Assembly: GCF_003918875.1 (NCBI RefSeq)
Contig: NW_025765481.1
Coordinates: 620,001 to 684,000, forward strand
Reading direction: 5' to 3'
DNA from: Haliotis rubra
Lineage: Eukaryota
Length of the DNA: 64,000 nt
The position numbers and the translations under genes were made by a program. The notes below the pieces were generated by a model. That model did not search any database and was not told the origin of the DNA. It saw only the letters and a program-made list of their open reading frames with translations. Below are positions 26,401-40,159 of this stretch, in pieces. Numbering within the stretch: the stretch's first letter is position 1; every line of letters starts with the position of its first letter.

Positions 26401-27373
26401 TTTAACTAACATCTATAGTGGTTTCTGTGGCCCTCGACTCTCCTTTCACTTTCACAGATGAACTGTACAAACATCATAACCAATGGGTTTTGAACTGCAA
26501 GAACAAGACTGAATCTCATTTGATCAGAAACATTCTAACCTTTGACCAACCTCCGTCGACGAATGTCATATATTTGTGAACACAAACATGAACACCACTG
26601 GATGCAAGGGCAACTGATCAAAATAATAAGATTTGAGTTCTGTTAAAGGTGATAGCTTTGAGGTGGTGTTATTACACACTTAGTGAGTCCAAACTCAATG
26701 TAGGACCTTCACTCCTACATATGAAACGCTTATTTCTAAGTTGAGATGTATCTTCCAGGGTACTACATGGCCCTTTCTACCCGTGTCTGTGTTTGTACTT
26801 CTTCCACATACCACCTACCCATCGGCTACGCTACTTGGCAGGTAGAATTACCCGTGTAAGCCCCGGATTTAATGGCAGGAGGACAGGAGTCAATAATACT
26901 CACCCATAGCAGCAACAGGGTGTCTGATCACAGGCGAGATAGTCTTGTGCTGTTGTCGGTACGCCACGGGTAGCACAGTGCCGTCATATACACAATACAC
27001 GGTAAGGGCTTTGTCAACGTGAATGGCGTATTCGGTGTGGCGCCTTGAAGATGATCGTCAAAGTATCGGAACAGTCAAAGTAGGAGAAAGTCACCATTAG
27101 ATGTTTTTGTGGGCTGACTCTTTGAAAGTATTATTTACTTTCTATTTCTTCTTAAAGATATTTTAGGACATATAGACGCGTGTGCGTGTGCGTGTGCGGG
27201 TGCACATGCATGTGCTTGCTTTTTATCGTTGGTTCTGGGCTTCATGCCTGCGTTCGAGTGTTTTCAGTGAGTGAGTGAGTCACCCAAATAACAAGCTAAC
27301 CAACCAACCGTCTAGCCAACCAACCACCCATCCTCCGAGTCATTCAACCACTGCCTGACTCAGCGTGATGAGT

Positions 27374-27640
27374 GAGTGAGTGAATGAGTATAGTTTTACG
27401 CCGATTTTAGCCGGTGTCCTCCAATTTGTGAGAACTCCCAGTTGTGAGACACATTAATTAATGGTTGAGTGCACCTATAGGTGGCGTTTCCACATCCCTA
27501 CAATGAAAGTGGGATCAATCTTGTTGTCAAACAGTACCCACAGGAGACATGGTTTATTAATACCCGTGTTGGGAATCGAACCCGGGTGTTCGGCGTGACG
27601 AGCGAACGCTTTAACCACTAGGCTACCCCATCACCTCACA
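27374..27640 (-). mobile_element. SINE family A with 10-bp TSD (CGTGATGAGT), interrupted by a DNA-element end (27413-27560)
   Basis: TSD at 27364-27373 and 27641-27650; the insert matches the reverse complement of 32780-32921. Confidence 0.8.
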
Positions 27641-28357
27641 CGTGATGAGTCTCCCTCGAATATTCCAAGTTTCAAACAGACATTTCACAACTTTATGACA
27701 GTTTTCTTTCATAAATAATGTAACAGGTATGACAATGGAAAAAATTAGCATAGAAAACACAATTAGCATATAAAATATATGCGGATCGTCAGTGTTATAC
27801 AAATCTATATTTTTATGCCTGCGTATAAATGTAACTACTATAAGATATATAATGTGGTATTACGTTACGAATTATCATACCCTTTATGGCCATCATCATA
27901 AAACATCATATAATCTTATTTAATAACTTTCGCTACAAAACGCAAAACATTCCTGGTAACATCTTTACACACGAAGTTTAACTTAATGAAGCGTTTATAC
28001 AGAATGCTTGACGATAATCTCATGCAATGGTCTAATGTTTGAAACAGGCTTTCTGAACTAAGAATCGCTTTTACGGTATACGTGAATATAAATCACCACA
28101 TTTAGTAAACAATCCCTAAAAACATGAAAAGAGGAAATTGTAGGACGATGTTAACCCAGTGGGTGGTGTGAGGTAGCTTGTAAGGTCGTCTGTAATGTCT
28201 TCCATAGCTCTGAAGGAGACGCTGTCGCCGATGTTGTTGTGCAGCTTCTTGTGGGTCTGATGAATAACCAGCGCTAGATTTAATATGCTGGTGTGCTAAA
28301 GAAAGTATACACCTATATTTATAAAGCTGTTTGTTTCTGTTTGTTGCGTAGGGCAAT

Positions 28358-28570
28358 TAGCAATTTTCCAGCTATATGACGGTGGTCTGTAGATAATTAA
28401 TCTGGACCAGACGATCCAGTGATTAACATCATTAGCATCGATCTACGTAATTGGGATACAATGACACGTGTCAGCCAAGTACTCGAGACTGAGCAACCGA
28501 TCCCGTTAGTCGCCTCTTGCGACCAGTATGGGTTGCTTGGCGACTAATTCTAACCAGGAACTTGACGGAT
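28358..28570 (-). mobile_element. SINE-like family B
   Basis: Reverse complement of family B. Confidence 0.8.
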
Positions 28571-28649
28571 CGAAGAGCCAGTGATTGATAATGTGAACAA
28601 CTTTCCATGTTATCGGGGTACGAAATTAGCAGCGACCCTGGCCACCCGA

Positions 28650-28807
28650 GGGTAGCCTAGTGGTTAAAGCGTTGGCTCGTCACGCTGGAGGGCCGGGTTC
28701 GATTCCCCACATCGGTACAATGGGTGAAGCCCATTTCTGGTATCCCCCGCCGTGATATTGCTAGAATATTGCTAATAAGTGGCGTAAAGCTAAACTCACT
28801 CACTCAC
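28650..28807 (+). mobile_element. tRNA-derived SINE family A
   Basis: Full head, core and (TCAC)n tail. Confidence 0.88.
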
Positions 28808-29156
28808 CCTGACCACCCAATCACTTAAGTCGCTTCTTACGACAAACATCAATTCTGGGGATGCATTATATCCGGGGATCCCCTTATAAGGATTAGTTAC
28901 GCCCATATGTAATACACATTTACGGTACATTGTCGAGTCTGGATCAGGCAATCCAGTGACCGGCATCATGAAAAACAGTCTACGCAAAAGGATTACGATG
29001 GCATGCATCAACAATGAATATCACTAAGGGATCTTCACAGGGGATAATCATGGGTTGCTGAAGACCAGTTCCATTCTGACCATCACAGAGGACAAGCACG
29101 GGTTGCTGATGATCCATTCCTACCCGGAACTTACCTTGTCATTTAATAGAGCTAGA

Positions 29157-29324
29157 GTGAGTGAGTGAGAGAGTATAGTTTTACGCCGCTTTTAGCAATA
29201 TTCCAGCAATATCACGGGGAGACACCAGAAATGGGCTTCACACATTGTACCCATGTGGGGAATCGAACCCGGGTCTTCGGCGTGACGAGCGAACGCTTTA
29301 ACCACTAGGCTACCCCGCCGCCCC
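29157..29324 (-). mobile_element. Full-length young SINE family A with 13-bp TSD
   Basis: TAATAGAGCTAGA at 29144-29156 and 29325-29337. Confidence 0.92.
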
Positions 29325-31004
29325 TAATAGAGCTAGACATGAAACAAACAAGAGATCTTTATTCCATCATGATGTATTTTAATCGGATGTCGTAGCTGCG
29401 TTTTGAAACAGACATTATAATTTTATTACTGGTTAGAAGTGTTTCGGCGACAGTTTTCAGACTAGTACCGATTGATAACGTTTTTATCGAATACCTTATT
29501 TTGCCTCGAAGGTAATATGCATGTTGAACATAACTACTTTTATTGGCCACCGGGTTAAACGAGAAAGATGTTATTGTCATTGTGAGGATTTTAGCAACCT
29601 CAGGGGCAGGATACGCACACCTTTCGTGGACACCTCGTGTCATTGATAGCGAGTGGTAAACACATACTTAATACGATGGAGTCGAAATTTACAACGAACT
29701 CTGCAAGAGCAGAGCATTTTATGATTATGGAAAAGGTTATATCGCTATTGTTGTCTGTAATCCCTTCAAGCTATTTAATTACATATTGGGTCAAATGTTC
29801 GTACATACATGGCATACACCAAGATTGATGAGCATCTGTTACACACAAGACCGCTTTCGTAGTCTAGTGGATAATGCGTCTGCCAGGGGGCTGAAGGAAA
29901 AAGAGTCGGATCCCAAGACAGCGTCATAGGAAAATACACTGATAATGGTTCCTTTTTGTTTGTAACGATTTGTATTTTATCTAAGACGTATTTGAGCATT
30001 CTAAACGAACGTGTCTGTACTGTTAACGGGTAACAGTGGAGGAATTGCGCATGTCGTTCCTTTTTATCCATTTTGTATTTTCACCACGTTGTTAACGTAA
30101 ACATGTTTACGTTTATGTACATACAGAATAATGTCATCTCAGTTCACATATAAACATATGCATCTGACAGAAGAGGGAGATTTATGTATCCTTGATGTTT
30201 AACTGTAGATATGTTCCGACATTACTGAAACATATGCACATGTCCTTAACATGTCCCAATTCAAGCCCAAAGGCAGTTATCATGAATATATGCTAACAAT
30301 GAAAAAAAATGCTTTCTCGAAGACTCAAAATTTAAACTACCTAAAATGTCATAGTTGCATGTTTGAAATATGGGTTACGACGTGTCCTGATTCCGACTCG
30401 TTCACTATATATAAAATACACTTTCATAACAAAAAACACTAAAGCATGTTTTATGCTGATTCATTCCCCTAACAATTGTCGGAGTCATGTGAAGCGAAGC
30501 CTGAACGGAGTCATCTCTAGACATCACCGTCAATGATGTCGTTCACACAAATTTACGATGACAGCTGTAACTGCTCCTTACGCGCCTCCGTGTCCCTTCG
30601 CTGTGTGATGAGATGTACGACAGCCCCGTCTCCCCAGGGTCCTAATCCCCCGTGAATGCCTGCGACGGTTTATATAGTGCGATCGGGGAGAGAGGACCTT
30701 TGGTCGAGACTAGGGAATTAACCTCTTTCATGAGAGTTTAAGGGTGGGATTAACGTACAAAAAGGTATCTTAACTGTTAATATGTTGATAACATCGCAAT
30801 GGTTCGAGAAATGACTATAATTTAAGAACCATGTATGCGTCATTCAGTAGGAAATATTTCATATTTACTGTGTAGGTTTTTATGAGAATCGTTTTTGTAA
30901 TTGAGTTTATGTGATATTGAAATTGTTCTAAATTTCTTTTTTTCGATCACTTTGATTGTTTATGTAGAGTAGTTTGCATCCCTTTACACAAAATTGGTTT
31001 CCCT

Positions 31005-31646
31005 TCTGTATCTATGACGCCGAACACCACTTGAACTGTATACATAAAACATCAGAGACTAAAGAGTCTCGATTCTCTGTCGGCGAACACCACTTGAACT
31101 GTATACACAAAACATCAGAGAATAAAGAGTCTCGATTCTCTGTCGGCGAACACCACTTGAACTGTATACACAAAACATCAGAGAATAAAGAGTCTCGATT
31201 CTCTGTCGGCGAACACCACTTGAACTGTATACATAAAACATCAGAGACTATAGAGTCTCGATTCTCTGTCGGCGAACACCACTTGAACTGTATACACAAA
31301 ACATCAGAGAATAAAGAGTCTCGATTATCTGATTATCGATAATCACCACTTGAACTGTATACACAAAACATCAGAGAATAAAGAGCCTCGATTATCTGTC
31401 GCCGAACATCACTTTAAGAGAATAAAGAGTCTCGATTATCTGACGCCGAACACCACTTTAAGCGTATACACTAAACATCAGAAAATAAAGAGTCTCGATT
31501 ATCTATGACGCCGACCACCACTTTAAGCGTATGCACAAAACATCAGAGAATAAAGAGCCTCGATTATCTGACGCCGAACACCACTTTAAGCGTATACACA
31601 AAACATGAGAGAATAATGAGTCTCGATTATCTGACGCCGACCACCA
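31005..31646. repeat. 63-bp minisatellite, ~10 copies (last partial unit at 32922-32972)
   Basis: Unit CGAACACCACTTGAACTGTATACACAAAACATCAGAGAATAAAGAGTCTCGATTCTCTGTCGG. Confidence 0.92.
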
Positions 31647-32921
31647 CTCCCATTTGTGAGAACTCCCACTTGTGAGACTCCCAGTTATGAGACAGTGGAG
31701 TAGGTAATTAACAACGAAAACACACCATACTCCCCTGTCTGATAGAATGGATTCACCCTAGCTAATTACTGATTTGCTATGTCAACTGAATCTTGTGGAG
31801 GTAACTTAATGACACTTTATAAGATAAATTGTTTAACATACTCAGGTAAATGTCTTTAATAATTAAACACTTTGTGTAGGTAACTTCGTGATCAAAGAGA
31901 AATTAATTTACCTACTCAGATTTATTCTGTCTCCGAAACTACAAGCTATAGTTTAAGAAATAACTCTGAAATTTACAGTCGAAATGACCCTTATGCCAAA
32001 CCCTTTCTACCCGACACAATAAATTTATGGAATGCCCTACCAAATTCCAAAGAGTCATGCAGTCTCAAAGAATTTTAAAACCTAATTACAAAAGCCGAAA
32101 ACAAGATTTATATTGATCTTAATTATGGCTCTTGTTTTTGTCAAATCGTTCATTGCTGCCTCAGGCTCGGATCTAGCGACTCAAACGCCGATGTTGCACC
32201 TTGTGGATATCAACTACCCGTTATAACCTGGATAATTTTTTGAAAGGAAACAAAGAATTTACTCCTTGTGTAAAACAGAAAATAGTTGAATCCGTCCACG
32301 ATTATATCATCGAGACACAACCTTCAAGTTTTCACAGGGAAATACTGAAATTAACTCAACAACCTTCTCGTGATTGATTTATATTCCTACAATAGCTTGT
32401 TAGACACACACACAACTGTAAGTCTCTAATTATGACTACTTAGAGAATAGTTGTATTTGATGTAATCTGTATATATTTATATGTACTTAAAAATATATTT
32501 ATGCAATAGTCAATATCGATTACGTCACATCCTCCATTTCAGTTTATATTTTATGTTGCATGGGAGCGGTGTTAACATAAGCAGTAATACTTCACCAATC
32601 CCAATTCATTTTCATAAATAATAATAGAATATGTTTAAACCAAAATGACTTTCAAACTTCATAATAGTCAACAAAAAGGTGTTATCATAATTACATATTC
32701 TTCTGAATAAATAAAATATTCAATGAAATATTTCTTCTGTGTAAATATAATCTTTGATAATCTATTTCGTTAATCAACTCATCAATGAACTATGCCTCCA
32801 GTGGGTACTGGGCTGGGCTGATCCCACTTTCATTGTAGGGATGTGGAAACACCACCTATGTGCACTGAACCATTAATTAATGTGTCTCACAACTGGGAGT
32901 TCTCACAAATGGGAGGACACC
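31647..32921. mobile_element. ~1.27-kb DNA element with 32-bp inverted repeats inserted in the 63-bp satellite
   Basis: CTCCCATTTGTGAGAACTCCCA.TTGTGAGAC ... GTCTCACAACTGGGAGTTCTCACAAATGGGAG; the satellite resumes at ~32922. Confidence 0.8.
31920..32640 (+). mobile_element. CR1-like LINE 3' fragment nested in the DNA element
   Basis: YSLRNNSE...YAKPFLPDTINLWNALP...SLKEF and QIVHCCLRLGSSD-like residues with stops and frameshifts. Confidence 0.65.
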
Positions 32922-33691
32922 CTTTAACTGTATACACAAAACATCAGAGAATAAAGAGTCTCGATTATCTGCCGAAATAGATCCTACACGGTTCATATTC
33001 ATAACAATAATCTAAACACGGTGCTTTTTAAATTATATAAACATAATCTTTTTTAATTCATAACATGACAAGTTTAGAATCGTTTGAAATCTAACATAAA
33101 TTCTAACCAAAACTGGTTGCACATACAGAAAACCAAAACCTGTTCGATATATTTATAATTCACTATAACCGTTGACAGTCTTGTCAATGTTACCAGGTAT
33201 ATTTGTTATTAGATAATGTAGCCACTAGACCTATTTCACAGGAACAGCATCCACACCAAGGGGTTGCAATGCAAGTTCCAGCATCTCGATGCAAATTTTA
33301 CCTCTGTACTGATCATGACATGTAGCCGGTGTATTCAAATGAAAACTGAAACCGGTTCAAAGAATCCAACGTTTAATGTTCACACTTTGAATTCCACAAA
33401 CCTTGGAATTAATGCGTTAATATATAAATTAATGCGACTGGTAACCCCTAGCAAGAAATGTGACTCAATATACATTCATGCCACTACGATTTCACCCATC
33501 CTCAGTATAAATGAAGAGCGAGAAAATGACTTCTGTGAGATTTACCCGAGATGTATGGAACCGTTATCAAATTAAACAACAACGAGCACTGCCTGTTATT
33601 TGGACTGGAAGATATTATATTATGTGGTTAAATTCTTACACAGTATTAGAGTCAGATCTGAAAAAAACACATCACAAAACCATCAATACAT

Positions 33692-33962
33692 GGACCCTTG
33701 GAGATCCGGGTTAGTAAGATCTGGTCTTCAGCAACCCATGTTTGTCAAAGAGGCGACCTGACTTGGCTGATACATGTCATCATATCCCTGGATCGATGCC
33801 GTAATGATGTCAATCACTGGAGTGTCTGGTCCAGACTCTGTTATTACAGACTACCCTTACATAGCTGGACAATCGCTGAGTGCGGCGTTTAACAAACAAA
33901 CAAACAAACAGACAAACAGACAAACAAACAAACGAACGAACGAATAAACAAACAAACACACA
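33692..33962 (+). mobile_element. SINE-like family B with (CAAA)n tail
   Basis: Family B sequence with internal deletions. Confidence 0.8.
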
Positions 33963-34929
33963 AACTCAATTTTTTCCCGGATGCCATTGCTTTCTTATGG
34001 TTTTTCGTGGCTTCAATGCTGTCTGGCGAGTTGCAATTGAAAGGTGGTTGACATGAGCGCTTCGAATCTATTATCTGTTTTGTTCGTTCGTTAAAACGTC
34101 TCACTCAGCAATATTTCAGTTGTATGATGGCGACATGTAACTAATACTGTCTGGATCAGACTATATCATGGAACGTACGTTCCGCTTTGAGAATCACATT
34201 CATAGCATAGCTGATATACAGACTCAGATGCAGACAGGGATTTCTGACATATTTCTAAGTGACATTTAAACCGTTGACAAATGGTATGGACAAAGCCCTT
34301 CGTCAGTGACAACCCGATATTAAGAGACATGCCACATTAAATATGTGTGAAAAACAAGTGAGCACATGAATGCAAGTACACTGTAATGAAGGATGTCAAC
34401 TTAAATATGTGTTCTCACATTACTCTCTCCTGACATTCTAGATTCATATATGATAAAGGTAAAGATTCCTCCACAATTTTATCAGTCTGCTTATCATTTT
34501 GCCTTTCTAAATCAAACCCATCTGACTAGTGTTTTCAAATGCCACACATGTATGATATATGTCAACATATACACAATACATACTTGCCTTGGTTTGCGAG
34601 TGTTTGTAGTTTCCATCGCCATGTTATTGGTCTATCTGACAGACAGAGGGACGTTAAATATGACAAGTGTCACATCTCATTATGTCCTACCTGGATCTTT
34701 AAGGGCGTTCAGTTGACTGCTTGTCAACTACCATCAGTATTCCACACCTCACGTTTAGCCCAGCTGTAACTATCTCCAGGCGGCGCTCAGGTAAGGTTGT
34801 ATATCTACGAGTTGATAAGCAGTTATTTCTAGAAAGACATATACATTTAGAAATGTGTTTTATTTGCTTTCATGTTAATTGTATGCTTATTCTATTACAA
34901 GCCCCTATAATTAACAAAAAGTGTTTCAC

Positions 34930-35198
34930 NNNNNNNNNNNNNNNNNNNNNNNNNNNNNNNNNNNNNNNNNNNNNNNNNNNNNNNNNNNNNNNNNNNNNNN
35001 NNNNNNNNNNNNNNNNNNNNNNNNNNNNNNNNNNNNNNNNNNNNNNNNNNNNNNNNNNNNNNNNNNNNNNNNNNNNNNNNNNNNNNNNNNNNNNNNNNNN
35101 NNNNNNNNNNNNNNNNNNNNNNNNNNNNNNNNNNNNNNNNNNNNNNNNNNNNNNNNNNNNNNNNNNNNNNNNNNNNNNNNNNNNNNNNNNNNNNNNNN
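34930..35198. other. Assembly gap (N)
   Basis: N run. Confidence 1.
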
Positions 35199-37534
35199 TC
35201 GTATGGGTACTTGCATACTAATCTCGTACGTCACACGAGTGTCGTATCGCGTTGACCTGTGTCGTAACGACTTGACCTGAGATTCTAACGATTTGAATGG
35301 ATAACCGATGACCTCTCAGTTAGGTCACATTCTGACTTAACTATTTTATCATTCATAACAAACACGTGAATTCATTCATTCTACTTAAATGCATTGTGGG
35401 AATGTAAACATTGCGAACGTTGCCGTGTCGCTGTTTAATTGTGAGTCGAACTGAGACATTATATCCGTCGAAAAACATAAACGCAATGTTTCCACCAGTG
35501 ATGTTAGGCGAATGAAGCAACTGCAAACCAAGAAACGGGGTGCTACGGAGTAGTTTACTGTAGGAGGCTGTACGAGGCGAAGACAACTGACATGCATCCT
35601 GACGTCGGTTACCAAGGCAGTGACGTCATTACAGTGTGAAGTCATGCAAATAATGTACTACAGTACAACACTCTTCCGCAACCTCATTATGAAACCAAAA
35701 AATAACAAACACGCTATTTTTGTCAATTTAATGCATGTAATACGTGCGTGCGTGCGTGCGTGCGTGTTTGTATATATTTATCCTTCTACCCATGTAACCA
35801 ACTAACGATGTATCTGTCTGTCTACCGTTATGTGCATGAAACAAGAGAAAACTCAAACTATTCATCTAGCCATGATTTGTTTGCAAAAGGGATTATTCTT
35901 AGACTATTCTGAAGACGACTAGGAATTATACAGTGTATACCTGTAACAGGTGTGTAACTAGTAACGCTCTCCGTGTTTTCTACAATATATAGGTAATTAA
36001 TCCTGAGTCTGTTCTTTAGGTGTTTACGATTCTCCGTGATATTTAATCGAATTGTGGCATCAGATTAATATGCTAAAAGACTTTTTCATGTTCACGTATA
36101 ACTTTCCACTGGTCTTTGTTGTGCAGATATGCGCCATGTAGTCATGCCATAGTCTGAAAGTCTGGGGCCGAAGTTCCATATAATGGTTTTGGTTCTTTGT
36201 CGGTCCCAGGGTTTCAAAGTGGTTTACGCCTGAGACCGGCAGGGCTCGGGTTTTCTGTCCATATTAAGCTGGTGTGCTGTGGTGGGACTGTAATACTGTC
36301 CAGGACGGTATTAAATCCACTGCTCTCACCCAAAAGCCAGCATTAGCCGTAAGAAGCCAGCTTTCATTTGCGTTGCAGTCAACCCGGATTGGTATTGCCT
36401 TGCTCCAAGAATGTACTGAAGGTTAAGCCCTTGGATGTATAGTAATTCTATTATTTTAAGAGGCAAGTCAAGATAAGCGGACAGTACAACAACAAATCTA
36501 AGGACGCCAGTATGTTACAGGGACATATATATTTTGTAGAAATTATGATTTAAACTAATAATTACCACCTTAGAGACCTGTGAAAGTCTAGGACTGGCAT
36601 AGATAGCGTGGTTATACCCATAGGTAACATAGTGTCCTTTGCGCTTGTCATTTTCTTCGCATCTCACGTCAGAGATACTGTGTTTCAGCATGTGGTGGCT
36701 ATTTAAATCAACATTGGAGCAAATCAAATGCACCAGAACATGTTGTAAAGTAAGCGAACTTGTTCACATTTGAATCGAAAATAGAATCTCGAACATCTTG
36801 AAACGTGGAACAACATTAATTAACTGGACAGAAGTATGTTCATTACATCAATGCTGAAATAGGCTGATTGCATCAAACAATAAATAAACAAAGAATTCTT
36901 TAAGACGTATAACAGTAAAGTCTGAAACAACTATACCAAGTACAGCTCTTGAAGTTCTATAGTGCGTTGCAAGTCAAGATTTGTGTACTTTCTGAAGATA
37001 ACCGAAGTCTTTTGACATGATTTTATATATATGTTTCATGATAATTTAAGAATGCGTTTTCTCTAAAATGTGTTTACTTCAGAGGCCAGACATTCGTCTG
37101 TGATGTGCTCTGCTCTGGATTTAACGACCCCAAGAACATTCGACACAGAAGTAAACCATTCCATTTTATTTTTGTACGAAAACAATTACAGAATAATCCA
37201 CGTGTCTTAACTCGGAATTATGGGATCATCTGCCTTCAAGGACCTGATGCTACAATAAAGCACCCCGTAGCCCGGCAGTAATTTTAATGTTATTACCGAG
37301 GCTTAAACCACCAAGCCAATGTAGGTGCCCTTACATCTCAGCGTAGGTTGGCTTTTGTTGTGACATTGCATCGATTCGAAGCAAAGTGACAGGGTATTAC
37401 CCGGATAGTGATGAGAACGAAGTTTGTTTTACAGGTAGTCAATTGAACACGTTTTGATTGACGACAAAACGTCTTGTTAGATTGTACATATAAAATGTGT
37501 TCTGCATTTTTTGCAGTGATGATGTAGCTTAGTA

Positions 37535-37785
37535 GAGTGAGTGAGTGAGCTAGTTTAGCTTTACACCGCACACTGCAATATTCCAGCTATACGACAGCGG
37601 TCTGGAAATAATCAAGTCTGGACCAGACAATCAAGTGACCAACAGCATGAACATCGATCTACGCAATTGGGATACGATGACATGCGTTAACCAAGTCAGC
37701 GAGCCTGACCACCCGATCCCCTTAGTCACCTCTACGGCAAGCATGGGTTGTTGAAGATCAAATCTAACCCGGATCTTCACAGGGC
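37535..37785 (-). mobile_element. SINE-like family B
   Basis: Reverse complement of family B. Confidence 0.85.
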
Positions 37786-38136
37786 ACTAGTAAGCAGAGC
37801 GTACGCTCGTCAAGCGAAGGCCTCTTGTTTTGAAACGCATTTCTAGATGTTTCCATGGCATATATTTTAGGTAACCAATATAAACACATCTTAATATGTG
37901 ATAAAGAATTGTCATATTTGTTCTCAATTCCAATTTCCAATGATTGTTTATGAATTCTTTTTATATATTTTTTATTTATTTCCATTTTTATGTTACAATT
38001 TCCATTACAGCAGCTTTATGTTCTTCAATTGAAAGTATCTTAAGTGTACAGTGAATAGTGTTGATGTAAATACATAATGTGTACATTACTTCTTATATAT
38101 ATAGTACACATATATATAAAATACATGTAGTTACAG

Positions 38137-38870
38137 TCAGTCAGTTATAGTATTTCGAAAAAGTAAATGGAAGGATGACCAGAAAGAATGAAAACTTGCA
38201 TAGTTACAATTAGAAAAGGCAATAAATTTTGAGATTTCATAATATTTTAATACTTCTTTTTGAAACCATATAAAATTAGGTTTCACTGCTTTCTTACTAC
38301 ATTTATACAACATATATTTGATTATTATTATCACCACATTAAGAGGATTATTATGTTTACCTTTAAATCCAAATAATATATATATATATGTTCTTCACTT
38401 AAGTGAATTTTACTTTCCATGTATCCTTCAATCCATTCAGTAAATTTTGTCCAAATATCTATTGAATATTGACAATTACAAAGCACATGTGCTATAGTTT
38501 CAGCTGGATCTTTACACAATGAACATGCTGGTGACTTAACATAGCCAATCTTATATACATAACAATTAGTGCTGAGAATATTATGTAAAATCTTAAACTG
38601 AAACCATCTTAAGTCACTGCTTTGTGTACATCTTTTTGCTATCAAACTATAGTTTATCCATTCTGTTTCAGTAATGTGTTTATTAAGATAAAGCTCCCAT
38701 TTGCTATAGATTGTAAGTTTTGTAAATTTAGAATTTTGCAACATTTCATAAAATAATCTACTACCTGAAGTACTGTTGATTTTAGAAATATTATAAGGTA
38801 ATATTGGTGTTTGAGAGATGTCTTGTATTTGACTAAAGTTAATTGTTTGTTGTTTATGAATTCTGATTGT
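38137..38870 (-). mobile_element. L1/Tx1-type LINE ORF2 C-terminal (zf-RVT) fragment, decayed
   Basis: LRWFQFKILHNILSTN...CSLCKDPAETIAHVLCNC...IW; frameshifted continuation. Confidence 0.85.
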
Positions 38871-39677
38871 AATACAAAAAGAACACCATATTAGCTCAGA
38901 GGGTCGAAAAATATATGAAATAACGGTAAAAGAAATTTAATGGAAAAATTATAGCCTTATAAAAGAGCCACTTTAAAGGGTAGCATGCCGATAAGCTATA
39001 CACTAATACAAATTTGTGTCTATCTGTACTATTATAGCTACCTGTGTCCAGGGAAACACTATCTAAAGGCACTGCAGTCAGCCAGTGGATGCAATTAGAT
39101 GCACTCGGTTTTGTTAACTGTCTATCTGTTACTGTGAGCGCTACACAGCATGCAGAGGAAATATACTGTGGAGTTGTTACATACCGTAAGTGTATGCCAT
39201 TATACGTCTTAGTCTAAAAATACACGTCATATGTGCAGCTAGACCTGCAATCTGATTGTCTCTCACCTGTATCCGGTGAAGAGTATCAAAGGTTATTTTT
39301 ACCCAAACGCAATCGCCTTTTGTTTGCCTCTTTGAAATCGATATTGGGCGTTCGCTGCTAAAGAGGTTACAGTTTGGGCTGTAACTGCGAGAAGAAAGAC
39401 GACTCGCTGTAGGGATATGAGAGAACACAGTCACGTGGAAAGACTTGGTAACAGCATTAGTCAGTCTTGGATATTCTCACAATAACTATACAGCTTATAA
39501 ACGCGGAACTCTCGATCTATGCCGACGCTCAGCATTGTCATATTTTTAAGTACTGACCTTGAAGAAGGGTAAATAAGACAAAAAGAGTTTTATCTAGCAC
39601 ATTTTTATTTGTACTCCTATAATCGAGTGTTTGTGATTTACTGACCAAATAATCCTTGTCTTTAAGCAGGGAGAGTT

Positions 39678-39691
39678 GTTGCCATGGTAAC
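39678..39691. promoter_or_regulatory. RFX X-box motif
   Basis: GTTGCCATGGTAAC matches the X-box consensus. Confidence 0.3.
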
Positions 39692-40159
39692 GCCTAGGCG
39701 ATGTTGAGGGTGAAGAGAGATAAATCTAGAAAATCAGGTGTCAGTTTCACTGGTGAAATGTCTCTCTCTTGTACAAAGGTCTTTGCAGAATTGATATCTA
39801 ACAGAGGTTATGCTGTTGCCTCGTGTATATAATCTGCCTCATATTGATTAAAGATCTACTGGCTTTACAGACACCGTTAGAATAGGTAAATCACAAAGAT
39901 ATATAGACTCACCTCGTCTTGTATACTTGATATCATTAAGTTCTTGAAATACACATTCACATCTGACTCATTTGTTGAAACTATAACTGACACATATAGG
40001 TACACAGTGACCTTTCCATAGATCCGCTATCTCGCTGAAACCCGAACTCTGAGGTTAACTGTCATGTATTTAGATGGCAGGTGGGCATTGTTTTCATTTG
40101 ATACATCTCTGTCCTGACAACCCCCGAAACATGCACGCATTTCCCGCATGCTTAGTTAC

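Noticed and set aside
27043-27076. Second hammerhead-like motif (TTGAAGATGATC...TATCGGAACAGTC)
   Set aside because: GAAA box mutated and no convincing stem I; at best a dead relic.
34721-35280. ORFs spanning N runs (also 12777-13091 and 50393-51034)
   Set aside because: Artefacts of assembly gaps.
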